Assembly (NCBI RefSeq): GCF_004010195.1 | Contig: NC_057754.1 | Location: 4,403,681 to 4,467,680, forward strand | Origin: Chiloscyllium plagiosum | Taxonomy: Eukaryota | Direction of reading: 5' to 3' | DNA: 64,000 nucleotides | Shown: one piece after another, positions 49,604 through 62,294 of the stretch | Layout: each line of letters starts with the position of its first letter | How positions within the stretch are numbered: the first letter of the stretch is position 1 | Made by a program: the position numbers and the translations under genes | Notes under the pieces: model-generated | Database searches by the model: none | The model's input: the letters and a program-made list of their open reading frames with translations, nothing else | Told to the model about the DNA's origin: nothing

Positions 49604-51562
49604 TAAAAATAAACCAGATCAGGAGCATCACCACGTGACTTGCCTTGAGCTGCTCTCAGATCAGTCGTGTGTTCTGAGGAAAGACTGCCTGCTTCTCTGT
49701 CTCCTTTTCTTTCTTGCCCCTCATTTCTCTCTCTCTTTCCATAACTTTTGGAAATGTGCTGTGTTTTAAAGCAAGGAATCTGCTGGATAATCAGAGACCC
49801 ACCAGTGAATGCCTACCCTATCTTATAATCAAAATAGTTTCCAGTGGAGGTTTAGGGATTTCTGAGACCTTTGAAGAAAGACTGACTGGACATAATGTCC
49901 ATATTAGAAAGTGCAGGAAATACTCAGCTATTTCAGTTTTTAATGCGGATTTCTAGCATCCACAGTGTTTGCCTTTATATTGGGATATTGATGTTGCTGC
50001 GTGGGAAAGCTGACTGCTAATTATACACACTTGTTTGTGGGGTGTGAGTCTGCCCTGAGGGGTGCACTAGATTGCATTCAACATATGCTAAAGTGTTATC
50101 ACCAAAACCATTTACAACAGAGCACAACCTCAGAACCAGAACTCTCAAGCAAAAAAAACACGCTGCTGTCTGCTGTCATGCCTATGTGTGCTGGGATCAT
50201 TTTCACAGCTGATCGCAAATTTTAAACACCTGCAGGTCTCACTACCTCCTGTATACAAAACCAGAAGTGATTTGATGGTTGATTAAATATGCTGCATTCC
50301 GATTAGAAATCCCCGTGGAAAATTATTTTAGTATACTGAAAACAGCAGGAATACACTTCAGCTAGCACTGTCCTTACATTGTCATAACTGAATATATTTC
50401 TGAACATAGGCTGCTTTGTTTCAATCCTAAAGACATTCTTCTATTGTTGCATTGTGAGGTAAGCCTGCTGTATGTGATATAGTTATATCTGTTAGTAGTC
50501 AGAACAAAATTTATTATTTACTTACACTGAAACAACTGCAACATTTCATTGCCTATTAGAAATTTCTATAAGGTCTGCTCAAAGTATGAGCAGGGAATTC
50601 AGCAATTGGTGATCCCGCCAGCTGCTTTCTTTCTAATGTTATAACGTATTTATTAAAGGGGGTAATTTTTAAAAAGTATTTATTACGCAACAAACAGGAC
50701 ATACTGTAATACAGAATGTTGGTACCTCTGTATTAGCTTATGTACAAGTACAGTATGGTGCAGGTAAAAGTGTAGAATTCGCTCCTTTATATGGGGCTGC
50801 GAGTCTCAGTGTCTTCTGTACCTGTGCAGCACATGGGAGCGAAAAAGGTAGAACTTGTGGTGATCTGTTACTGTACAGGTCAAGTATGCTACAGTGATAT
50901 TTGCATCTTCTTCTGTATTTGTACACTTTACTGGGTAAAACAGAATATTTCACACTCCCTCTCCCCTAGCTTGTAATTTCGCCTTGTGTACTGCCAGTAC
51001 CAGTACACATTGAACAAAAGAAAATAACTCACTCCTCTTTGGAAAAAAAAGGGCTACATGGACAGTACGGGTGAAAGGAAACCATTCTCTTCTCTAGTAT
51101 AGTATGACTTTTACATGTCCTGATGTCAGCTCATGTACATGCATACAGCAAATAAGAGGGTATGAGTTAGGAGCAGAAGTTGGTAATTTGACCACTTAGG
51201 CTTGCTCCACCTTTCAATAAGGTCATGATTGATCTGTTCATGTTTTAAACCTTTGATTCCTAGTTGATTTGCTCCATTTGCATTGTCACCTTTCCAGAGG
51301 CTTTTGTATTACGGGCCTTTGTAAAACTGGAAATCTTTGCCTGCACAGCAACTAGGGAAGGTATTAGCGGCTCTGGGACCAAACAGATGCATTGTGTCAA
51401 TTTTCACATACTAAGAGCTATTGATCAAACAATTTTGAATTAGGCAATGGGTGATCACTTCCCCCAGATTTTTGCCAATTAATTACCTATTTTGAAGTGT
51501 AGCCTCTGTTGCAGTGCAAGCAATTAAAAGACATAAGCAAACACAGCAGTACAAAAAGTTCC

Positions 51563-51872
51563 CACGCGGTGGCTCAGTGGTTAGCACTGCTGCCTCATGT
51601 TACCAGGGACCCAGGTTCAATTCTGGCCTTGGGTGACTGTCTGTGTGGAGTTTGCATACTGTCTGCGTGGCTTTCCTCTGGGTGCTGTGGTTTAGCCCCC
51701 ACAGTCCAAAGATGTACAGGTGACAGTGAATTGGCCATTCTAAATTGCCCCGTTGTGTTAGGTGCATTGGTCAAAGGGAAATGGTTCTGGATGGGTTACT
51801 CTTCGGAGGGTCGGTGTGGACTTGTTGAGCCGAGGGGCCTGTTTCTACACTGTTGGGATTCTAATCTAATCT
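51563..51872 (+). mobile_element. V-SINE (HE1-like)
   Basis: CGGTGGCTCAGTGGTTAGCACTGCTGCCTCA...TGTGTGGAGTTTGCA...CTAATCTAATCT tail. Confidence 0.85.
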
Positions 51873-52279
51873 AAAAACAAAAGTGATAACAGCCAGATAG
51901 TATTTTTATATGTTAATTAAGGGACACTGAGGATAAATTCTTATCCTTTGTTGTTGTACTATTTGAGGTCTTTCATGTTCACCATCTACAAGAAACACGT
52001 CAGGAATTTGATGAAATACTCCACTCTTGCCTGCATACATGTGACTCGAACAACACTTGTAACTCAAGACTAACCAGAGCAAAGCAGTCGATTTGATTTC
52101 ACCACATCCACAAACGTTCACCCACTCCACCACCAACACACAGGTGCAGCAGTGTGAACCATCTACAAGATGCATTGCAACAGCACTTAAGCAGAAATAC
52201 TTCATTAAACCCTATGTTGAAGCTATAACATTTGAGTTGAGGGGAGGTTCTGGAAAGTGACTTGGATAAGAAAGGCAGC

Positions 52280-52482
52280 AAGAGTTGGAGAAACTCAATA
52301 TGTCTGGAAGCACCTACGAGGAGAGAAGCAAAGTTAACATTTTGAGTCCCTGAGTTTCAAAGAAGAGTCATTTGGACACAAAATGTTAACTCTGTTTCTC
52401 TCTCCAGAGGCGCTGCCAGACACGCTGAGCACTTCCTATTTTTATTTCAGATCTCCAGCATCTGTGATATTTTGCTTTTAAT
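52280..52482. mobile_element. Decayed fold-back hammerhead-family element
   Basis: GAGAGAAGCAAAGTTAACATTTTGAGTCC is inverted against GGACACAAAATGTTAACTCTGTTTCTCTC. Confidence 0.55.
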
Positions 52483-54041
52483 TCACTGGAAAGTTACTCC
52501 CTTGTTTTCCTCCAGCCTTTGCCAAAAGAGGGACAAAGACCGATTTGGCAGTTGAGTCATTTCCCTTTTTTTCTTCCCCTGTTGTGTAATGTATTGGAAA
52601 GTGGAGATAACTTTACTCTCTTTCACCAGAAACTATTAAAGCTGACATGGCTTGCAATTAAAATGGAAACTTCTTCAGGGGCTACCTGAATCACTGGGTT
52701 TGCAAATACAAATCCATCTTAGCACTGCTAGGGAGTATTGGAACCATCTTGAACCTGTTTGTGATCATATATGTCAACATTTACACTTCTGTTTAACAAA
52801 AGTGCTATTCAAAAATATCTTGATTGAATTGACTAAATTGATTGCATTGGAACTACCCAGACACAATGGGGCTGAGTGGAATTCCTCTGTGCTAAACCAT
52901 TCTGTTATTCTACGTCCTCACAATGTTTTGTCACAATATTCATGGAGCTGTGAACACAAAACTATACCTGGAACACTCACATCCAAGCTTCCCCATCACC
53001 CAGTTCGGTCTTGTGGCAAGGTCGGAGTGTCCCCATTTTTGGGCCAGAGAGTCTGGGTTCAAAGTCCCATCTGCTTCAAAGGTTGGCCAAATAGGTTGAG
53101 TAAAAATAATTTATTAAAGCTTCATTGTCATTTCAAGACTGCAACATCCAGGTGAAATCTCAGTTTCCTCCAGGAATCCCAGCATGTTAGCCTTCACTTT
53201 TCTGAGTTCAAGAAGGAATGAACAATTCAAGACCATGATGCAGGAAGACGAGGTTCTTAGGTGGTGCTCAGTCAAACTGTATCCGTGCTGGTGAAAGGAA
53301 AGAAAACTTGAATTTGTATAGCACCTTTGCCACCCATCAAAATATTTCATGGCCAAAGCCTTTTCATGTTATGCTGTGAACATCATTTTGGATGGGAACA
53401 GCCTCAGTTGAAGGTGCTTTGTGATGCTTTCACAGATTTGCTGGATAGGAAGATATATTTGTGTAAATCATCATCACTACAAAGGCAAATCTCACGTTAC
53501 TGGAGCTGTGAACAGGGTGAACACAGCAATGTTACACACATTGCTTCCAGCAATAGGCAAAATGAACAAGAGCAAGTGATTGAAGAGACACTCTAAGGAC
53601 ATGCTTACCACAAATATTTCTGACATTGAACAATCGGGAATATTGTGACAAAACATTGTGAGGAACCTTGACGTAGAATTACAGAATGGTTTAGCACAGA
53701 GGAATCCCACTCAGCCCCATTGTGTCTATGCTGACTCTTTGAAAGATTAATCTCACACCACTATGCTCTTAACCATAGCCCTGCAATTCAGAGGAGAATG
53801 GAGTTGAGGATTATCAAATCAGCCATGATGTCATTGAATGGCTGAGTAGACTCAATGCGCTGAATGACCTACATCATTCCCGCTGAAGAGATTATGCCCG
53901 AACCGTTGACTCTCCTGCTCCTCGGATGCTGCCTGACATGCTATGCTTTTCCAGAGCCACACTTTTCAACCACATCTTCTATTATGTTTTATAGTCTCAG
54001 TAGGTGGTCACTGAATATTTTTAAGGCTAAATTATTACTTT

Positions 54042-54263
54042 TAGGAGAAAGTGAGGACTGCAGATGCTGGAGATCAGAGCTGAAAATGTATTGCTGGAAA
54101 AGTGCAGCAGGTCAGGCAGCATCCAAGGAGCAGGAGAATCGACGTTTCGGGCATGAGCCCACACTCTCCTCATTCCTGAAGAAGGGCTCATGCCCGAAAT
54201 GTCGATTCTCCTGCTCCTTGGATGCTGCCTGACCTGCTGCGCTTTTCCAGCAACACATTTTCA
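54042..54263. mobile_element. Fold-back Penelope-derived mini-element with 16-bp TSD and hammerhead core
   Basis: Near-perfect inverted arms and a plus-strand CCTGAAGAAGGGCTCATGCCCGAAATGTCG (54175-54204). Flanked by GCTAAATT(A/C)TTACTTT at 54026-54041 and 54264-54279, within a CR1 fragment. Confidence 0.85.
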
Positions 54264-55309
54264 GCTAAATTCTTACTTTGCAAGGGAATCAGAGGAACTT
54301 GGGGACAGACGGGAATGTGGAATTTGAATGACAAACAAATCAGCCTTGACTTTATTAAGTGATGCAGCAGGCTTGAGGGGGATGATTGGCTTACTCCTGC
54401 TTCTAATCTGCATGTTTGTGGTAATTGTCAAACTGCCATTCTTCATTAGGCTGTGGTGTGTTTGGTTCTAGCATAACTGTTCCCCTGGGGATTTTCTGGA
54501 ATTGATTGTTTATTCTCACAGGACCTCTCCTTAATTTACTGTGACAAGTCCAGGCTGGCCTGACTAAAGTAAAAGCTGACTCACTTTGTCAGATCAACTG
54601 GATAATCTCACCTCCTCCTCTTCCCCAACCCAACTAATTTTCACCCCTTAAGGGCCTGCCAGTTACCAAGAACCACACCAGTGCTCCAAGGCACAGAGCA
54701 AAGTAACTCAGATGTTGGAACTTAATGAAGTGTTCTATATTGAGGTGAGATACTGCATTAGTACAGATGCCAGGTTATAAATCATTGACCTGAATGTACT
54801 CAAAAGTACCTTTTTGGTAACTGCAGAGACAGAAGTCGATGTTGCAGATATCAAAGGTACAGAGAGAGAGACCAAAATAATCAAAGTGATGAGGACTTTG
54901 AATTATAAAGTGTGATTGTGAAAATTGTCCACACTATCACTTGGAGAGAGATGGTTCTGAGGTGATATATGGGTTTGCTATTAAGGGAACTCTAAAGGAT
55001 TTGGATGTTACAGACCAGAACTTTGTTCAAAAGTGAAGAATCAGGCAATGCAGATGCCTTCAGGTGGGTAGATCTGCAGAAACACTGACCTTGATATGAA
55101 CACTCCCATGATAGTTTGCTGGGACTGACAGTGGGTGGAGCATGTTAAAGTGTTAACTTTGGGGACTACATTGCCAACCTATCTTATATATGGGGAGAGG
55201 TATGAAACTCAATTTGTGCATTTAAATCAGATTTCCACTTGCTCTGTCACAACCCGATTTAAAATTGATTACTGATGTATGGCTATCCCAGGGGTTCCCT
55301 CATGTATGA

Positions 55310-56065
55310 ATTGCAAAAGGTTGATTAGGAAAGCTAGAATTCTGTTATATGTTGTTGTGTGGAGAATTGAATACAAAAGTGGGAGAGTTATACACTTGCT
55401 ATTCCGGACATTGGTGAGACCACACCTAGAGTCCTGAGTTTAATGGTTTATAAACTAATAACAGGAATGGGGGAATTGTCTTACAAGGATAGGTTGGACA
55501 GGCTAGGCTTATACCTGGAAAAGGTGAGGATGCAGATGCTGGAGATCAGGGCCAAAAAGTGTGGCACTGGAAAAGCACAGCAGGTCAGGCAGCATCCGAG
55601 GAACAGGAAAATTGACGTTTCGGGCATAAACCCTTCCTGATGCGGGACCTGCTGTGCTTTTCCAGCGCCACACTTCTTGACTCTAGGCTTATGCCTGCTA
55701 GAGTTTAGAAGAGCCAAAGGTGATTTGATTGGAACATATAGGATACCAAGTAGACTCACAGGCTGGATGTGAAGACAATGTTTCCTTTGTGGGACAATCA
55801 CAGTTTAATGACAAGGGATTGCCCATTTAAGACAGAGTTGAGGTGAATGTTTTTCCCAGAGGATTGCAAGTGTTCAGAAGTTTCTTCTTCGAAAGGCTGT
55901 GGTAGCGGAGTCCTTGAATATTTTTAACACAGCAATAGATGGGTTCTTAATAAGCAAGAGGATGGAATGTTTTCAGGGAGTTGGGAATGTAGAGTTATCA
56001 GAGCAGCTGTGATCTTATTGAATGGTGAAAGAGCCTCAAGGGACCAAACCCCCTGCTCCTGGTTG
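55310..56065 (+). mobile_element. CR1 LINE fragment interrupted by a fold-back mini-element (55518-55682)
   Basis: CR1 motifs (LVRPHLE, SYKDRLDRLGLY). The insert is flanked by CTAGGCTTAT(A/G)CCTG at 55503-55517 and 55683-55697. Confidence 0.8.
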
Positions 56066-56711
56066 TAACTGCACATTAGGAATTGGATGTTACAGACCAG
56101 AACTTTGTTCAAAACTGATCAGATGATACAAATGCCTTCAAGGAATGTTGACAGTGAAAGAAACGTGGAAGCTGCTAGCTCCACAAAGTGGTGCCTTTAT
56201 GAGGATTGTAATGTTGGAACAGGAGAAGGACTGCTCACCTTTCCATCCAACCTCAACACTGATCACCAACCTCTTCAAATCCCCAACCTTCCACTACTCC
56301 TCTCTCTTTCCTCCCCGATCATCACCTTCTCAATCCAGTTGCAGCATCTGTCCACCTCCAACTACCCGCCCCACCCCCAACTCCCCCACTGTTGCAGCCC
56401 CTCTCCCCCATCCTGCGGTAGACTTTTTCTACCTAACTGGTTGCGGACATTCTCCTGAAAGCAGGGAATGATACCCAAGGGGCCCCATTTGTGCCCCACT
56501 GTCATTCCCTCCATTCTCCCAGATGTTACAAACAAGCAAAACCAAAATTATGGATTGTCACTAAAATCTGCAGTTTATTTTGATTTAAAACGTGACCTAT
56601 TTCAACATATGCCAGAATTCCCTATATTTAATAGGGAGGAAATTAATTTTGGTCCACCTGCAACCCAAAATAGTCAGGAACTGAGACCTGCTCCAGAGAT
56701 TAATTAGTGTG

Positions 56712-56965
56712 TGTCAGTCTTGGCTGAGTGATAGCCCTGTCCCCTCGGCGGACAGAAAGGTTTGAGCTCCACTCCAAAGACCTGGATACATTATCCAGGT
56801 TGACAATGCAGTGCAGTAATAAGGGAGTGCTTCAGTTGGGAGGTGCTTTCAATGGATGAGATCTTAAATCTATTCCACATCACTCTTATATATGAACCTA
56901 AAACAAAATCCCAAGGTACTTTCCAAGGAGCAGGGATATTTTCCTCACATTCTGAGCTAATGGAG
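56712..56965 (+). mobile_element. DeuSINE (SacSINE1/AmnSINE-like) remnant
   Basis: CAGTGCAGTAATAAGGGAGTGCT...GGAGGTGCTTTCAATGGATGAGATCTTAAA...AAATCCCAAGGTACTTT..AAGGAGCAGGG resembles the Deu-domain consensus as recalled. Confidence 0.6.
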
Positions 56966-57579
56966 AAACAGAGGCTTTTTATCATATGTCAAAAGAGACT
57001 GGGTGACTTACTGCAATGTGTCATGTAAATGGTTCACACTTCCATGTCATTGTTCGAACAAATGAGTGTTTAAGGAGAAATTCTTTCTTTTGCACTATTA
57101 GCTTCTATGCTGTTGTTCCACCATTCATTTTGTGATTTCTGAAAATATTCCAGTGAATTATTCTCCCTATCGGACCCCCACTACGATGATCCTGACTTCA
57201 TCAAATAAACCACCTTCTTCCTTGAAGCATGATAATTACGCTATTCACCAGAATAAAATATGCAGCGTCCTTTCCCCAAATAGGATCTTAATAGCACATT
57301 GTAAATCATTAGAATGAGGCAGGAATTGGACAAATTGATGAATAATTTATGATGCATTCCCTGAATCCCTGGCATTATGCTCTCCATTTGCTATTTTTAA
57401 ACACATGGATGTCACAGTGTGAGTGGCTCCGACAACAGCTTAAGTCGCACTGTCAGAGCGGTCGCAAAGCACGCCAAGAAAGATGCCAAGAAAACGTGGA
57501 ATGTGCTGCAGATGCAGGATATCTGAAATAAAGGCACAAAATGGAGGATAGCTAATGGTGGGGTTTCTTTATGTTCAAG

Positions 57580-57980
57580 AAGCGTATTACAGAAGAGGAA
57601 GTGCCAGTAAACATAAAGGTGAATAAATCTCCGGGACCCTGTCGAGTGTATCTCAGGAAGTTGTGGGAAGTTAGGGAGGTGATTGTGGGGCCTCTCGCAA
57701 AAATATTTGTATCATCTGTAACTATGGGTGAGGTGCTGGATGACTGGAGAGTGGTTGATGCTATGTCCTTGTTTAAGAAGGGATGTAAGGAGAAGCCTGG
57801 GAACTATAGACCTGTGAGTCTGACTTTGGTGGGGTGTTGTTGGAAGTGATTGCAAATTATAGGATTTATATGCATTTGGAGAGGCAAGGAATGATTAAAG
57901 ATAGTCAGCATGGTTGGAGGGGGTGGGGGGATTTGTGTTTCTTGAGAAAGTAACCAAGAAAATTGATGAGGGCAAAGCGG
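57580..57980 (+). mobile_element. CR1 LINE RT N-terminal fragment
   Basis: IKVNKSPGP...GEVLDDWRV...LFKKGCKEKPGNYRPVSLT. Confidence 0.9.
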
Positions 57981-59023
57981 TCCTCCTGTGAGCCTGGACC
58001 TCTTGTGAACCCAGTCCTCCTGTGAACAGCCCATCTATTGTGGACTGTTGCTGAAGGGTGCTGACAATTTGATCAGGACGAAAAGTCATGATGTCAACAC
58101 TGTGCCAGTGAATCCCTCTGAGATTTTGCCACATGCTGAACAGTGAACATAAATTGAGGAATGGCTCTGGGCGGAAAATCTGGTATCAAGTATCCAATAC
58201 GTAAACTCAAGGTCAAATTCAACACCAGCATTGCCCTGTTTGGCTAAATGGCTTGATACTGTGCTAGGGACTCTGCATGCCTGCGTGAGATATCAGGGCA
58301 TGGCCAGTAGCCTAATATGAGGAGAGAAAGGACAAAGAAACTTCAGCAGCTTAATACGTTTATTTGGTTTTAGTTCACATTAGTTCAAACTTATATGTAC
58401 AATCACTCATGCATAGACATTTGCACAGACATATGCCATCTTGATGCAGTGACCCACATAGAGGGAAACTGAACCAAAGACTTAACAACCATTGCTCCTG
58501 ACAGCCCCAGCTGAGATATTTTGGATTAAAGCCAACAAATAATAACAACCAGGAGCTAATGAATGTTTTACACACTGGGGCAATGCTCCTTGGTGTCACT
58601 TTAATTCAGACAGCTATTACTGTGTAAGCGTAAATGGGTTTGTCTGTCAAGAGGAAATCGTGGTACTTATTTTACTGTTTTGATAAATGGATTGTTTTGA
58701 CTGAGGCGAAGGTTAGAAACTACAACACATCTGTAACTTAAGAACATCTTCAAGACCTCTACAGTGGCTAATTTGAAAATGCACAGTCCACCATGTGAAA
58801 ATGTGGCGAGGTAGTGGTATTGTCACTGTGGACTGGTAATCTAGAGGTTCAGGCTGAAGCCCTGGAGTCATGGTTTTGAAATCCCACCATAGCAGATGGG
58901 AAAATTCAAATTTAATAAAATCTGAAAATAAAAGTTATCCTAATGGCAACCGTGTGTTTTGTCATGATTCCCTTCAGAAAGGCAATCTGCTGTCTTTACC
59001 TGGCATATGTGATTGACACTTAA

Positions 59024-59290
59024 GGGTGGCATGGTGGCTCAGTGGTTAGCACTGCAGCCTCACAGCACCAGGGTCCCAGGTACGATTCCAGCCTGGGGTG
59101 ACTGTGTGTGTGGGGTTTGCATGTTCTCCCTGTGTCTGCTCGGTTTCCTCCCACAGTCCAAAAATGTGCAGGTTAGGTGAATTGCCCATAGCGTTAGGTG
59201 CATTAGTCAGAGGGAAATGGGTCTGGGTGGGTTACTCTCCAGAGGGCTGGTGTGGACTGGGTGGGCCGAAGGGCGTGTAGGGAATCTAAT
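59024..59290 (+). mobile_element. V-SINE (HE1-like) nested in another SINE (58800-59390)
   Basis: GGGTGGCATGGTGGCTCAGTGGTTAGCACTGC head. The host SINE resumes at CTTAACTGTCCTCTGAAATGG. Confidence 0.8.
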
Positions 59291-59919
59291 CTTAACTGTC
59301 CTCTGAAATGGCCTAGAGGGTCATTCAATTCAAGGACAAAAACTCATCTTGCCAGCAACATGCACTTCCCATGTCAGAATGAAAAAAAGAGTATTTTAGA
59401 CCAAGGAATGTTCCATCCACAATAACTGCGAAGTTAGATTCTAACTGACAATTGAACGGACACATATGAGGGAAGAGTCTGCTTTTCAGTGAATGAAGCT
59501 GACGTGTAGTGGTGAATTTACATTCAGCAAGTTCTCACAAACAGCAATGTGCTAATCACCAAATTGATCTTTTTAGTGATGCTGATTATATTAGTCCAAG
59601 ATACAGAGGAGAACGCCATTGCTCTTCTACAGTGTAACTAATTCAGCATTTCTTGTTCTTAAGAAAATATCCAGAAATGCTATTAAAGACTTAACACCAG
59701 AATAAATTTGTATTTCCAATCGGTAAGCTTAAAAACCTATCAGCAGAGGATTGCATTGGTCTTACCGTTAATGCATTGTGTAAGATGAGAAACTCCACAT
59801 AAATGACTGTAACTTTGTGTGACTCTACAGCACAAAGCCATAACTTCCCTCTTTCTCCTCCATATGAAGTCATTGTCCATTTCACTTTAATCTCTTGGAT
59901 GGTTGTCAGTGTAGTGCAA

Positions 59920-60545
59920 AGTATTTCAAAGGATGCGAGGGCCTTAGTTAGCTCATCCAGAGAAAGCGGTTGGTCGAGCCTCTCCCGCGTGCTGTCGTCT
60001 GAGACATCCGTGATAGAGGACAGGAACAACTGGGAGACTGCGCTGTCAGTTGGCTTTGAGTCATACAGACTGGCATAAAAGGATTTGCTGATCCTCATGA
60101 TGTCAGACTGAGCTATCTTCTTGCGTTACTGAGCTATCTTCTTGCTTCAGGCTGCTGAACACAGAGCTCTCCCTGTGCACCTTCTGGAAGAAGAAACGTG
60201 AGCACATCTCATTCTGCTCCATGGAGTGGACCCTGGACTGGAAGATTATCTTGGAGGTCTCCAAGGCAGAGAGCGAGGCTTGCTGGCCCTTCACCTCCTG
60301 GACGTCCTCCGTGACATCGACCTGCATCGTCTGCAGCAGGAGTGAGTTCTGCATACTTTCCTGGAGTCTGGACAGATTTCCCTGTCTCCCCCTTGTCTTC
60401 TGAACACCTTTGAGGATGAAGAACCTCTTGATATTCCCTTTTACCATTGCCCACCAGTCCACTGGAGACTCAAAGAGCACTAGATGGTTCTCCAATCTGC
60501 ATGACCCCTGTTGAGCTCCTCAATGTTTTCTGGGGTCAACAACCT
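59920..60545 (-). mobile_element. L1/Tx1-clade LINE ORF2 fragment (endonuclease-RT linker)
   Basis: DWWAMVKGNIKRFF, EQNEMCSRFFF, SFYASLYD and LDQPLSLDELTKAL. It contains a 21-bp-period tandem duplication at ~60107-60146. Confidence 0.8.
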
Positions 60546-60890
60546 TGTAGACTAGACCAGGTAAGAATAGCAAATTTTGTACCTTGAACAACATTAATGG
60601 GCCAGGTGGGTTTTTCCCATGTTATAATTCCACGTGATAGTAGCTTTTTATTCCAAATTTATTGCATTCAAAACCACAGCTGCCATACTTGTTTTGATAG
60701 AGTAAATAAAGAGACAAATTTTCCAGTTGTTGGTGGCATGGGTCAGAAATCTGAGAACACAAACTTAAGAGACATGAAAAACATATTGATGACGTAGCAG
60801 ACCATACTGTACTTGTCTGAACAGAGCACACTAAGTAAAAAAAGAAAAGTGAACTTTTCCAGATCAGATTCTCAATGTTTTTCAATGCCT

Positions 60891-60896
60891 TTTATT
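60891..60896 (-). terminator. Candidate polyadenylation signal of the kinase gene
   Basis: Minus-strand AATAAA ~2 kb past the stop codon, followed by a U-rich tract (TTCACTTTTCTTTTTTT). Confidence 0.35.
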
Positions 60897-62294
60897 GTTC
60901 AAGGTCAGTACATTGTAAAGTGTGAACAATTTGAAAAATAGTTATTTTTCACCGATTTACAATCACTGTGTTTGCATTTTTTTAAACATAGAACAAACTA
61001 GATTGCGTAGGGGGCCTCCCTGCCTATCTTGAAGCTCTGTTTAACACAAATCTGTGACAGCACTCTTCCCCCCCCCCCCCCAACCCCAGCAATTTATCAC
61101 AATCTTACTGTCTTTGGCAAAAAGGACTAGAGTGAGAGTTTGGGAGAATTAAGAAAATTTGTTCTTCATACAGCAAACTCCAGAGACGTCATGATCTCAA
61201 GTGCACTAGATGAAAGGGTGGCAGAAGAAGAAATCAGGGAATTGGATGAGTAATCAAAAAGAGTTGCAAGGCAGGAGTGTGGTAACTGAATGAGCTTCTT
61301 TCAGAGTGGTGTGATTCCATGAGTATCAGACTGTGCATTTCTGCTGCACCAGCACCACCTAGTGAGATTAATATGTATTACAGTGGCACGCTTTATCATC
61401 ATTGAACAGTTAGGTCATTACATTGAAACTATTTGAACCTTTGTCTACAAACGCCTGGTCTGTTGAGTGTTTCTTGCATTGCCTGTGGTCACATGCCAGC
61501 ATCTGCAGTACTTTGCTTTCTCCTATTTCTTTCCCCAACCACCCACTCCAAAACATGTAATGCATGCACCCAAAATTGACTGGTTTCACTGGAGTGTCTG
61601 TTTCCATGCCGAATGACTCTATGACTAGGTAGCGGTTTACACTTTCTCCATGCCGGGGTTGGTGGTGGTGGGGGATTGCATGGTATTAGAGGGAGAGTGG
61701 AATAAAGAGCATGGAAGCTGAGTATGGCTCTCTCAGATTCTACTCAACAAGTCAATCCTCACTCAAGCAGCAGTAATGGACCCTACATTAACCTCAGGTT
61801 CCCCAGACTCAGGAGGAGAGTAAATTCTGGCTTCACATCATCTCCTGCTGCTTGTGCCTGGAAGTGGGACGTAAACTCTACTTTATCATGGTCACTGTCC
61901 ACCCACTTAATCTCCTCCTGCAGCTCATTATAAACCTTACCCTATCATGGATTCTATACAACCACTTAATCTTTTCCCAAAATCTGTCTATATGACACTT
62001 TAATGGACCTTACCCATCCAACTGATCTCTTCCCACAGCAGCATGTATATCCCCCTGCATCACTCGACCAAGAGATTTTAACATGAGCTTTCAAGTTATG
62101 TACTGCCTTTTTACTGATGGATTGCTTGGGAGAATATATAGACATGTAAGCCATGGGCGCAAGATCATTGGGGCCCTACTTCCTGTTGCATCGAATATTA
62201 GCACCCATTTTCGGACGGCCTGGGTCGATCATCCAAGATAGTGCCTGAACATCCCAGGAGACCTCAAGCTCATTTAGATATAGAACTCTAGGCA

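Noticed and set aside
50778..50910. H/ACA snoRNA interpretation of the two-hairpin segment
   Set aside because: No ANANNA hinge box or correctly placed terminal ACA on either strand.
52652..53155. 167-aa ORF, and other ORF-track entries such as 12606-12998 and 28329-28697
   Set aside because: No recognisable domain, non-ATG starts or repeat overlap, and no supporting splice structure. They are probably chance ORFs.
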